From Podarcis liolepis (lineage: Eukaryota), in assembly GCA_965112155.1 (NCBI GenBank), contig OZ218101.1: 64,000 nt of DNA. One strand, given 5' to 3'. Below are positions 54,563 to 64,000 of this stretch, piece after piece. The stretch's first letter is position 1, and each line of letters opens with the position of its first letter. Under the pieces are notes generated by a model. The model saw only the letters and a program-made list of their open reading frames with translations, did no database searches and was not told where the DNA came from. A program made the translations under genes and the position numbers.

Positions 54563-54918
54563 CGGGGGGCATGGGTGACGCTGTGGTCTAAAGCACTGAG
54601 TCTCTTGGGCTTGCCGATCGGAAGGTCGGCGGTTTGAAATCCCGCGACAGAGTGAGCTCCCATTGCTCAGTCCAAGCTCCTGCAAACCTAGCAGTTCAAA
54701 AGCACGTCAAAGTGCAAGTACCACTCCGGTGGAAAGGTAAACGGCGTTTCCGTGCACTGCTCTGGTTTCGCCAGAAGCGGCTTAGTCATGCTGGCCACAT
54801 GACCTGGAAGCTGTCTGCAGACAAGCAATGGCTCCCTTGGCCAGTAAAGCGAGATGAGCGCCGCAACCCCAGAGTCGTTAACAACTGGACTTAACTGTCA
54901 GGGGTCCTTTACCTTTAC
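54563..54918 (+). mobile_element. Sauria (POM-type) SINE, full length
   Basis: tRNA-like head with A/B boxes, ACCTTT-repeat tail, 10-bp TSD CTTATCTAAA (54553-54562, 54919-54928). Confidence 0.9.
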
Positions 54919-54951
54919 CTTATCTAAAGGTCCATTCTCAACTGACTTTTA

Positions 54952-55198
54952 TGTTATGTACTGAAGTTCTCACCCTGGGCCAGCAGGGGGATACTGTAGA
55001 TAGTTATGCAAATAAGGGATCGAAAGTGACGTTCAGTGATTGGATAGTTTTAGAAATTGTTACAATTATGTGTACTGGAGCTCTATATATAAGCAGGCTG
55101 ACTGAACCCTTCAGCTCAGTTCTGTTCTGGCCTCTGAATAAACAAGAGCTGTTTGAAGAATCGCTGTGTCGTCTGATATGTTCACCCACAACTTAACA
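54952..55198 (+). mobile_element. Solo LTR (Gypsy-like)
   Basis: TGTTA...TAACA termini; 5-bp TSD TTTTA/CTTTA; ordered ATTGG, TATATATAA (55084) and AATAAA (55137). Confidence 0.8.
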
Positions 55199-55284
55199 CT
55201 TTATTTCAACCATATTACCATTATTATTATTTTTGGTAACATAGTTTTTATTCATTTTCATCTTCAAGCTATCAACATGGTTGC

Positions 55285-55321
<37 letters not shown>

Positions 55322-55455
55322 GAGTGTTTGACATGCAATAATTACATAGCATTAAAAACAAAAAATGAAGCAAGAACAGTCAGATAAACATTTCTGAATA
55401 TATCAACAAAGTTGTGTCAAAAGTGTAGATAACCAAAATTATTAGTCATTACATA

Positions 55456-55681
55456 CAGTGGTACCTCGGGTTACAAACACTTCGGGTTACAGACTCCGCT
55501 AACCCGGAAGTAGTACCTCGGGTTCAGAACTTTACCTCAGGATGAGAACAGAAATCATGCGGCAGTGGCACGGCAGCAGTGGGAGGCCCCATTAGTTAAA
55601 GTGGTACCTCAGGTGAAGAACAGTTTCAGGTTAAGAAAGGACCTCCAGAACGAATTAAGTTCTTAACCCGAGGTACCACTG
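55456..55681 (+). mobile_element. Tc1/mariner (Tigger/pogo-like) MITE
   Basis: TA-CAGTGGTACCTCGGGTTA...TAACCCGAGGTACCACTG-TA. Confidence 0.9.
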
Positions 55682-56779
55682 TATATGAAATGATGTATTG
55701 TAGTATGTATTGCTTAGCTTGGTGACCATAAGTAAAAAGTTATTTTGTATCAACAACAATGAGAATTTATGGGAATGGCGAGGCTACTGTTTTACCATAT
55801 CCCTTGTTATTTGTATAATCAATAGTCACACCAGACTAGCCATGTTTCTTTTGTCCTCTTGCTACGTTTAATTTTTGTTTTTTGTTTTGTTTTTTTGCGG
55901 CTACAGCCAGCAAAGAAAGGGATATTAAGGGGAGGAGGAGAAGAAAAGCTTGGGGCGCATGTTGATGATAAGCACCCACTCCCCACCTCTGCACACTGTG
56001 TTCACCTCTGGCCTGTCATTAACAAAAAAATTAAATAAAGAGACTCACTCACTGAGATTATTTTTCATCTCCTATTCCAGCTCCTCCTAGTCTTCTCTCT
56101 TTCACACACACACATATTGTTTAGGCAAGGCCATAACAAAATTATGCAAGTGTAAAAGCAAGCTGCAGCCTGACTCTCACTCACTTTCTTTAAAAAATGT
56201 GCAGAGGACTGGAAAACCTGCAACTTGATTTGGTTGGGGGCACTGATTATCACTTTGCTAAACTCTTGTGACCTTCTGAATGCTAACAATTGGTGGAGGC
56301 AGGGGAGAAAGGATTAGCAGAAGAGTGTAGCTCCAAGCAAGTTGACTACAGTATTTCCCCCCCCCTTGTCCTGCCACGCCTCCCCCCCCCCGCCCTGCTG
56401 CCAGAGGTGGGACTTAGCAACGCACACTGATTGCTCTTTGAATGCTTATTGGCCAGAGACTAAAAACTGGTCCCAGAGATACAGAGCTGATTTTATCAAT
56501 GAACATGTGAGGTAGTGGAGGCATGGGAATCAGCAAGAGTGTTGCTTCTGGCTGGCAGACTAGCCAGTCTTGTTTGAGGTAAAGATTCATTTACCCTGAG
56601 AGTGAAAAAAATTAACAAGGGTGGGCGAGAGGCAGGAGGGACTGAGCTCTTCTGTCCTTGGGGTTCTGGGATTTCAGGGGTGGCTATGCCCACTTGCCCA
56701 AGCTGACCAGCCATCCTGGGCCAGAAGAATGCAGTCTCCGCACTTTCTTCTGACCACAACACTGGAGAAAACCAGAGGA

Positions 56780-56928
56780 TGCTGACTCTTCTTCCTTGGA
56801 GGTTTTTAAGCAGAGGTTGAGTGGCCATCTGTCATGGATGCTCTAGCTGAGATTCCTGCATTGCAGGGGGCTGGACTGGATGACCCTCGGGGTCCCTTCC
56901 AACTCTGCATTTCTATGATTCTATGATT
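56780..56928 (+). mobile_element. CR1 LINE 3' end
   Basis: Matches 5370-5510; ends (ATTCTATG)n. Confidence 0.85.
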
Positions 56929-59668
56929 GTAGGAAGCCTTTCTCTGAGTCACCCTCTGTCCACCTGTATGTGTGACAGAGTATCATTTCTTTTCATATCC
57001 AGATTGATTTCTTCATAAATGCTTACCCCTTTGTATTCCTCCTCTTGCTTGGAGCAGAAAATTCTGGGGAAGATTAGGGCACACAACCACTTCTACAATC
57101 AAAGCTGCATTGCTGTGTCAGGAGAGATATGCCACCTGTTGCATTCCACAGCCCTGCAGTTCTTTTTTCCTGTATATGAATCCTTTGTATTGTGGGTTTT
57201 TGTTTTTAACCCAATGACCCCATTTCCCTTTATGGAAACAAGCAAGCAGTATAGGCTGAATCCACGAAGCAGAACGATGCAAAAGATGGCTTTGACAACA
57301 GAATAGTTTTTTAGTTCAACTCCAGCTCTCCTTAATTTTCTCACCAGCAGTCAATTCAAAATAATGCAATGGAAGGCTGGCATTTAAAATGCTCAGCAGG
57401 CTGACTGCTCAGATTTATGGCCCACTTACCAAGCCTATGTTTGTTGTGAAATTGTTATTTATAAAGTCACATGCTAGGGCTTGTTCCCAAGCTTGCTAAA
57501 CCTACACGCTTAATTGACTCTCCGGACAATGCTTTATTGTCAGCTAATCTTTCCACAGTTCCTCACACAAAAATGTATGATCTCTTGTTTGGGTTACACT
57601 GTTTGCATGTTCACTCTTGTCTATTTTCAGAATTGTCAACACAAAGTTGCAACTCATTACAGTGAAAATATATGAATGAAAGACTACAATTATTAATGCC
57701 ACAGCCAATAGGCAGGAAGTCAGTTTTTATCACACTACCAAATGTAGCAAAATAGACATTGAGGAATTCTCAACCGAAAGTTCATTGACGTATTGATAAG
57801 CACACCCCTCTATCTAGAGTTGTGAATATCTGGAAGCAAAGATTAAACAATTACACTTTAAATATTTACTATGCCTAGAACAGGAAAGGCATCGCCTTTC
57901 AAATAGCTTGGAAATCATTAGCCTATTTATAACCAGGGTAGTAAACCTAGGTTCACAAGGGCAAAATGAAGAAACTTATCTATGGCACAATTCCAACTAA
58001 AGTTAAGCATTAATGGGCTCTTTTCCCTCTCCAAGAACTAATGATTAACAAGTTGCATATTTATTACTTCATTGTTATTGTTTTTTTAAAAAAAATAAAA
58101 GTTCATTTTTTCCAAACTACATTAGAATAAACATGCCATTTTTGTAAAAAATAATAATAATGGGAAATACCAAGAATTTAAACTGTTGTTGTCACTGGGT
58201 GGGGGCATCTCAATAACTCAGAAAGACTGAATCCCCTGTACATTCACAGCTCCTGGGATGGCCTTGGGACCTTAAATGTAATTCTGTCTTTCTTTACCAA
58301 GAGTTCAGTGAATGTCGATACCTGCAGCACACACATCTAGGGATAGATAAACCGTATTTGTAGGGTCACGGGCAGCGTTGATACACTTGGCAGAGAACAG
58401 GAACAAGGCAGTCTACTATAGCAAAGTCATAGCAGTTTGCAGCCAACTGGGGGTCAAGCCAGGAAAAGAGAGATGAGAAGAGGAAAAATGAGAGCAAAGG
58501 AGAATAGTGACTGGGCTGCAGGAACGAACACAAATGTAAGAGAAATAAATGGACTGGCAGAAGGTGTGCTGAGTAAAGCAACCAACAGGTAGATGCAGCA
58601 CAACAAGGAGAAATCAGAAGTGAGATTAAAAGGAGGATCCTGCATCAGAGGCCAAAACAATAGGTAGCAATAGCAAGGAGATGATGACTCCTTGAATCAA
58701 ACTTAAGTACTTGTCTTACTGGTCCACAAGTTTCATAAGAATAGAAAGAAATGCCACAACCACTTCGATTAGTGTAGTGCAATAAGTACTTGGGCGCAAC
58801 GTCACCCAGTTTTCCCTGAGTCAGCTTGCAGAACAATGAACAGACATTCTCTTTGCCACCTTCAGGATTGCCCAGTTAATATGACTTCCTAGCAAGCAGT
58901 TGATCCTCCCGTTTCCCTAGTCAGTCTGGACTCAGGGAAGGGACTCAGATTTCTGGGACATGGTGACCCGTGATGGATTTCCAAGGCACAACCTGCATTA
59001 GGGAATCCTAGTGTCTCCATATACTCCTTCTTCAGGGTATCACTGCCCCCAAAGAGGAAGGAATTGATGCCGCACAGGGCCTCCCAACTCCAGCAGGCAT
59101 AGAATGCTGGATGCATGCAACGTGATGAATTAGCTCTGGAAATGGGACAGGGGAAACTGCTTTAAATGTTTTTTTAAAAAACAAACTTACACCACAGTTA
59201 CCATTAAGGCACTTCAATTAAAAAAAAATCATTGCAAGTCAGGTTACATGCATATCCATTAACCCTGCACATAGATGAAGCCACGAATTGTCAGACAATT
59301 TTGCTCTTTCATGCAAGAGAAAGAAGGGTGGGGGGAAATGTCTCTCACTAATTGCAGATCCACGCCAAGGGCCAAATAAGGGGAGCACATCCCTGTTGGG
59401 TCTGCTGGACTCCTCAATAGAGTTTAATACAATTGACCATGGTAACCTTCTGAATCACTCAGGCTAGGATAAGCTTCAGGCACAACATTATTCAGTTCTA
59501 GTACTTTCTTGAAGGTCTTTTCCAGGGGATGCTGCTGGAGGGGTCCCGTTTGATGTCACTGGCACCCCACAAGGACCAGTTCTGTTCCTCGTGCTTCTTA
59601 ACTTTCCCAGTGGAGAGGAATTGTACAGGGATCTGGGCTGTGTTATCAATGTGCGAATAACCCCTGGG

Positions 59669-59965
59669 CAGGGCCTTTTTTCAGCCATAACTCACCGGAA
59701 CGGAGTTCCGGCACCTCTTTGGTGTGTTCCGGCACCCCGTCACTGGGGGCTGCGTGCCAGAAGAGGTGGGCAGCACGGTGCTCTGTGTTGAACAATGGAG
59801 GCTGCCGTCATCACAGCGCTTTGTGTTGTGCAGCAGATGCTGTGGCCGGCATGGCGATCATTGTGGCATTGCTGAGGTGGCACAAGCAGGCAAAGAAGAT
59901 AAGCTTTTTTAGGGGCGAGCTCAACAACTTTGGCACCTCTTTTTCTAGGAAAAAAAAAAGCCCTG
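59669..59965. mobile_element. hAT-type MITE
   Basis: TIR CAGGGCCTTTTTT / AAAAAAAGCCCTG; TSD CCCCTGGG/CTCCTGGG (7/8). Confidence 0.75.
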
Positions 59966-59970
59966 CTCCT

Positions 59971-60105
59971 GGGACAGTTCAGTCAGTAGAGCATGAGACT
60001 CAGGGCCGTGCGTTCAAGCCCCACATTGGGCAAAAGATTCCTGCACTGCAAGGGTTCAGACTGAATGACCCTTACGGTCCCTTCCAACTGTATACAATTC
60101 TATGA
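59971..60105 (+). mobile_element. tRNA-Lys-derived SINE with CR1-type tail
   Basis: Head AGTTCAGTCAGTAGAGCATGAGACTC...GTTCAAGCCCCACATTGGGC resembles tRNA-Lys(CTT); tail GGTCCCTTCCAAC...ATTCTATGA. Confidence 0.8.
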
Positions 60106-61097
60106 CACGCACTTCTTTTTCTCCATCAGATATCAGGGGACCTGCCAAAGGTAGTAACAGACTCAAGGTGGAGTGAAGTTTAATCCAGAAAAGGTGCTCC
60201 ATTTGAAGACAAATGCAAGACTCTGGAATAGGGATTCAGCCTGTTTCGGATGGGGCAGCACTCCCCTTGGAAAACAAAGGAATAGGGCTTGCAGTTTGTG
60301 GGTACTCCTGAATCTAACTTTGCATCTTTATGCTATGTTCATGGAAACTGAGATATGAAAGCTAGGAGCTAAATGACACCTTAAACCTAGGTTACGGGCA
60401 CCGCAACAGAGTATGTAGGCACAATTTTTTATAAGAAGAATAGAAAGCTGAAAACGAACGAACTGCAGCTAAAATCTTATGTTCATTTTTCACATGGTCT
60501 AGGACTTATCTGAAGACTGCAAAAAAAGAAAATATAACCATACTTCACCTGCCTGCCCCCCTAATATTCTTAGGAGGGTCCCTTCTCCAGTCTTCAGAGA
60601 GTGGCTGGAAGTGGGGAGGCAGAAAAAAGGTCCTCTTTTCTTTCCTGCAGTCACAGTTTTAATCTGAAATCTTATGTGCAATACTGCGTCCAGAGCTCAG
60701 AAGCTGCTCACATTAATGAAATTCCTGTCACAAAACACACCTATAACAATGGGAGTTTCGAACACTGTTCATGGGCGCCTTTGCACAGCTTAGATTGTGC
60801 TTGATCCTGAGAAAAATCAAACCTGGCCACAGTAACATGCCTTATTTAAATTCAGATTGCAGTGAATTTTACTTGAAGAGTCTTCAGAAACTTCCAGCTA
60901 GTCAAGAACATTAGTGGATGCTCACTGATGGGATAATAATATACCTGTTCTGCAGCAGATGTGCCGGATGCCATTTTGTTTGCCAGGACCATACAATTAA
61001 AATCTTATTGCCTATAAAGATCTAGATGGCTTAGAACCAAGAAAACTATCATCCTGTCCACTTCCTATGATCTACAGAAGAGGCCCATCTCCATGTA

Positions 61098-61339
61098 CAG
61101 TGGTACCTCGGGTTACAGATGCTTCAGGTTACAGACGCTTCAGGTTGCAGACTCCGCTAACCCAGAAATAGTACCTCAGGTTAAGAACTTTCCTTCAAGA
61201 TGAAAACAGAAATCGCGTGGCAGCAGTGCAGCGGCAGTGGGAGGCCCCATTAGCTAAAGTGGTACCTCAGGTTAAGAACAGTTTCAGGTTAAGAATGGAC
61301 CTCCAGAACGAATTAAGTTCTTAACCCGAGGTACCACTG
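61098..61339 (+). mobile_element. Tc1/mariner (Tigger/pogo-like) MITE
   Basis: TA-CAGTGGTACCTCGGGTTA...TAACCCGAGGTACCACTG-TA. Confidence 0.9.
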
Positions 61340-61643
61340 TACTGCCTGGGGCTGGCGCATACTTTGAGTCTCAGAGACTGTTCCCAGAGTTTGGAATATC
61401 TGATCCTGGAAGATCCATTTGGTTTCCCTCGAATTGGTTTTTACCAACAGGTTAAAAAGTTGGCAAACATTGGTCTTACTGGACCGTTTATTTTTACGTG
61501 CTACGTTTATATTTGAGAATTTTTGTTTTTATGCTCGGTTTTTTAAAAAAGAAAATAGGACAGTTGTTGTTATAAACCACTATGAGCTATGCAAATGCAT
61601 TGTGAGGGTGAGGTATAAATTTTCAAAATAAAAATAAAGCATT

Positions 61644-61710
61644 ATGGGGATCAAACCTGCAACCTTGGTGTTATTATCAGCCTCAGGCTCTAACCAACCG
61701 AGCTATCCAG
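61644..61710 (-). mobile_element. tRNA-Ile-derived SINE head
   Basis: Minus strand CTGGATAGCTCGGTTGGTTAGAGC...CCAAGGTTGCAGGTTTGATCCCC; same head as 63728-63876. Confidence 0.65.
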
Positions 61711-62072
61711 TTCAATAGTGTATTTACTGTGGGCTTCCTACTGAAGCCAGCAGTGAGCAAGCTCCAGCCTGACAATATCCTTCGCTTAAGGACAGAACTA
61801 CTCATGCAGTTTAACAAAGGCCTAAAGCTATATTGGCTGTGAGTCTAGGAAGACCTACTCCATGCCTTGCAGTCCTTTTTCTACCTTCCCTGGGAGGGCA
61901 GAGCCCTGACTGACTCCAGCTACAAAAGCTGAGGCTGCTGAAGAGGCCAGAGACCATCTTGGCTGTCTCTTAGCGCAGACTCGGGTCATTGAGACTGAGA
62001 TTCCACAGCTGCCACCCACCATAAACCACCATTGGGCAGGGCTAGCAGCAACAGCAGCAGTTATGTTCTGTA

Positions 62073-62244
62073 CAATGGACCCTCCAAATACGAATTAAAT
62101 TTGTTCCGGGGGTCTGTACTTAACTCGAAAAGTCCATAACTGGAGGCGCCGCTTCTGTGCACACGCCATTGCAATAAGAGCACTTCTGTGCATGCAACCC
62201 GAAAGTTACGTATCCAGAGTGGTACGTAACTCGAGGGTCTACTG
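62073..62244. mobile_element. Tigger-like MITE
   Basis: TA-CAATGGACCCTC...GAGGGTCTACTG-TA. Confidence 0.7.
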
Positions 62245-62364
62245 TACTTACAATATTTTGATCTCTTGTTATGTTGTTTTTACGTTTGACTTCCTTTACT
62301 GGTGTTTTCTTTTGAAATGTTTAAGATTTTTTTCTGTTAACGTTGCTGTGTTAAACGTACATTC

Positions 62365-62625
62365 TGTAGCTGATCCTCCGCGAACATCCGCCTTGTCTAG
62401 TGTCCATTCCGGCGAACGTCCATGGCAAACCCAGAAGTACCAGAACGGGTTACTTCCAGGTTTGCCCCGCGCGCATGTGCAGAAGCGCTAAATCGAGCTT
62501 TGTGCATGTGCAGAAGCACAAACCGTTCCGCACGCATGCACAGACGCAGCGCTTTGCCCTGCATCCTTTTCGGCTAGCGGCCTGGGCTCCGTAATGGATC
62601 CCGGCTGCAAAACAAGGTACGACTG
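62365..62625. mobile_element. Tigger-like MITE, one end unclear
   Basis: Right end AAGGTACGACTG-TA; interior similar to 9606-9805. Confidence 0.6.
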
Positions 62626-62929
62626 TAATAAGAATTTGAAATTGGAATACTTATGTTATTAAAGTATTGCTTAGTTGTATTAATTTTTGAACTGGCGTCT
62701 TATGGATGCAGATAAGCCAAATGCTTATTTTACTTCACTGTAAACTAATCAGCAGGCAATACATACTGCTATGATATTGGTAGTTTGCTAGCTTTTTGTC
62801 ACACCTCAAACATGAATGGCTAAGACAAGGTGGGTTTTCCTGTATCATTTTACGCCATGCGGCTGCAGAGACTAACATTCATATTTCAAAAATTAAGTTG
62901 ATAAAATCAAGGGCATGAGGGAAAATATA

Positions 62930-63518
62930 GTGTTACAACTCCCAGAAAGATTCCATCAGTGGTGTCTCTGAAAATCTTGCACATCGCTTGGGAAGACAGG
63001 CGAACTAATATCAGTGTACTGGAAGAAGCAAAGATCACCTCTGTCGAAGCAATGATTCTTCAATATCAACTTTGTTGGACTGGTCATGTTGTGCGGATGC
63101 CTGATGATTGACTTCCAAAGCAACTACTCTATTCCGAACTTAAAAATGGAAAGCGTAATGCTGGTGGTCAACAAAAGAGGTTTAAAGACTGTCTCAAGGC
63201 AAATCTTAAACAATGTAGTATAAACACTGACAACAGGGAAACACTGGCCTGCAAGCACTCCAGTTGGAGAACAGCCTTTACCAAAGGTGTCATGGGCTTT
63301 GAAGACAATCAAACTCAGGACGCAAGGGAGAAACGTGCTAAGAGGAGGCACGCTTGGCAAATCCACATCGTGATCAACTCCTGCCCGGAAACCAATGTCC
63401 CCACTGTGGAAGGACGTGTGGATCCAGAATTGGCCTCCACAGTCACTTACAGATTCATTGTTAAAACCATGTTTATGGAAGACAATCTTACTCGGCTACG
63501 AGTGATCGCCAAAGAAGA
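62930..63518 (+). mobile_element. RTE-clade LINE 3' fragment
   Basis: ILHIAWEDRRTNISVLEEAKITSVEAMILQYQLCWTGHVVRMPDD*LPKQLLYSELKNGKRNAGGQQKRFKDCLKANLK, typical RTE ORF C-terminus with stops. Confidence 0.88.
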
Positions 63519-63727
63519 TGTATGTTTGATTCTTGAAAGTATGCAGAACCAAATGCCACACCAAAACATAGTTTGGCATCACAAAAAAGGAGATGCAGGC
63601 CTAAGGTCCTTGTACTCCCCCTTCCTTCATGAGATAAACTTTAGGTGGCAATTTATCACAAACCATGGCCAACCACTTCAACTGAACCTGGCAGACTATA
63701 GTATTTATATTTAGTGCCAAACCACAC

Positions 63728-63876
63728 ACAGAATCACAGAAGCGTAGAGCTGGAAGGGACCCTGAGGATTATCTCGTTCAACCCCCTGCAATGCAGGAAT
63801 ATGCAGCTGTCCCATATGGGGATTGAACCTGCAACCCTGGCATTATGAGCACCATTCTCTAACCACCTGAGCTATG
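63728..63876 (-). mobile_element. tRNA-Ile-derived SINE with CR1-type tail
   Basis: Minus strand TAGCTCAGGTGGTTAGAG...AGGTTCAATCCCC head, then GGGTCCCTTCCAGCTC...TTCTGTG tail. Confidence 0.78.
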
Positions 63877-64000
63877 TTCCTTGCTTTACAATGTTAAGAG
63901 AAGATAGGCCCCCACCCAAAAGAAGCTTACGTAACAAAATGTGATGAGGACACAGGAAAAAAGGCACATTAGTCTGATGCTTACATCTGCTCATTTTTGT

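Larger units (their letters stand above)
59380..61090 (+). mobile_element. Old fragmented L2 LINE with nested insertions
   Basis: FNTIDHG.LL RT-like motif at ~59420 and L2 C-terminal remnants at 60780-61090; interrupted by a MITE, a SINE and unrecognised sequence. Confidence 0.5.

Noticed and set aside
59971-63876. tRNA-Lys and tRNA-Ile-like sequences
   Set aside because: Cloverleaves are broken and two are fused to CR1-type tails, so they are SINE heads, not tRNA genes.

Overview
Vertebrate (squamate reptile, probably a lacertid lizard, judged from Sauria/POM-type SINEs and lizard-type CR1, L2, RTE and DNA-transposon repeats) genomic DNA. The only host gene I can support is YAP1 on the minus strand: coding exons equivalent to human exons 3-9 (51434 down to the TAG at 14243), all with GT-AG boundaries and a continuous reading frame, then a ~3.3 kb AT-rich 3' UTR. 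Exons 1-2 lie beyond the right edge. The rest is intron/intergenic DNA with many transposon remnants. The most unusual feature is a pair of young-looking non-autonomous hAT elements (3828-5249 and 23333-24219). They have near-identical terminal arms and perfect 8-bp target-site duplications but unrelated CpG-island-like interiors. One interior holds what looks like a promoter plus a signal-peptide-coding first exon with its splice donor (resembling DCBLD2 exon 1, from memory); the other holds paired ZNF143-like motifs and splice donors. I interpret these as Pack-MULE-like hAT elements that capture and move host CpG-island promoters and first exons; this needs a genome search to confirm. The long ORFs in the supplied track are mostly artefacts of these GC-rich cargoes.
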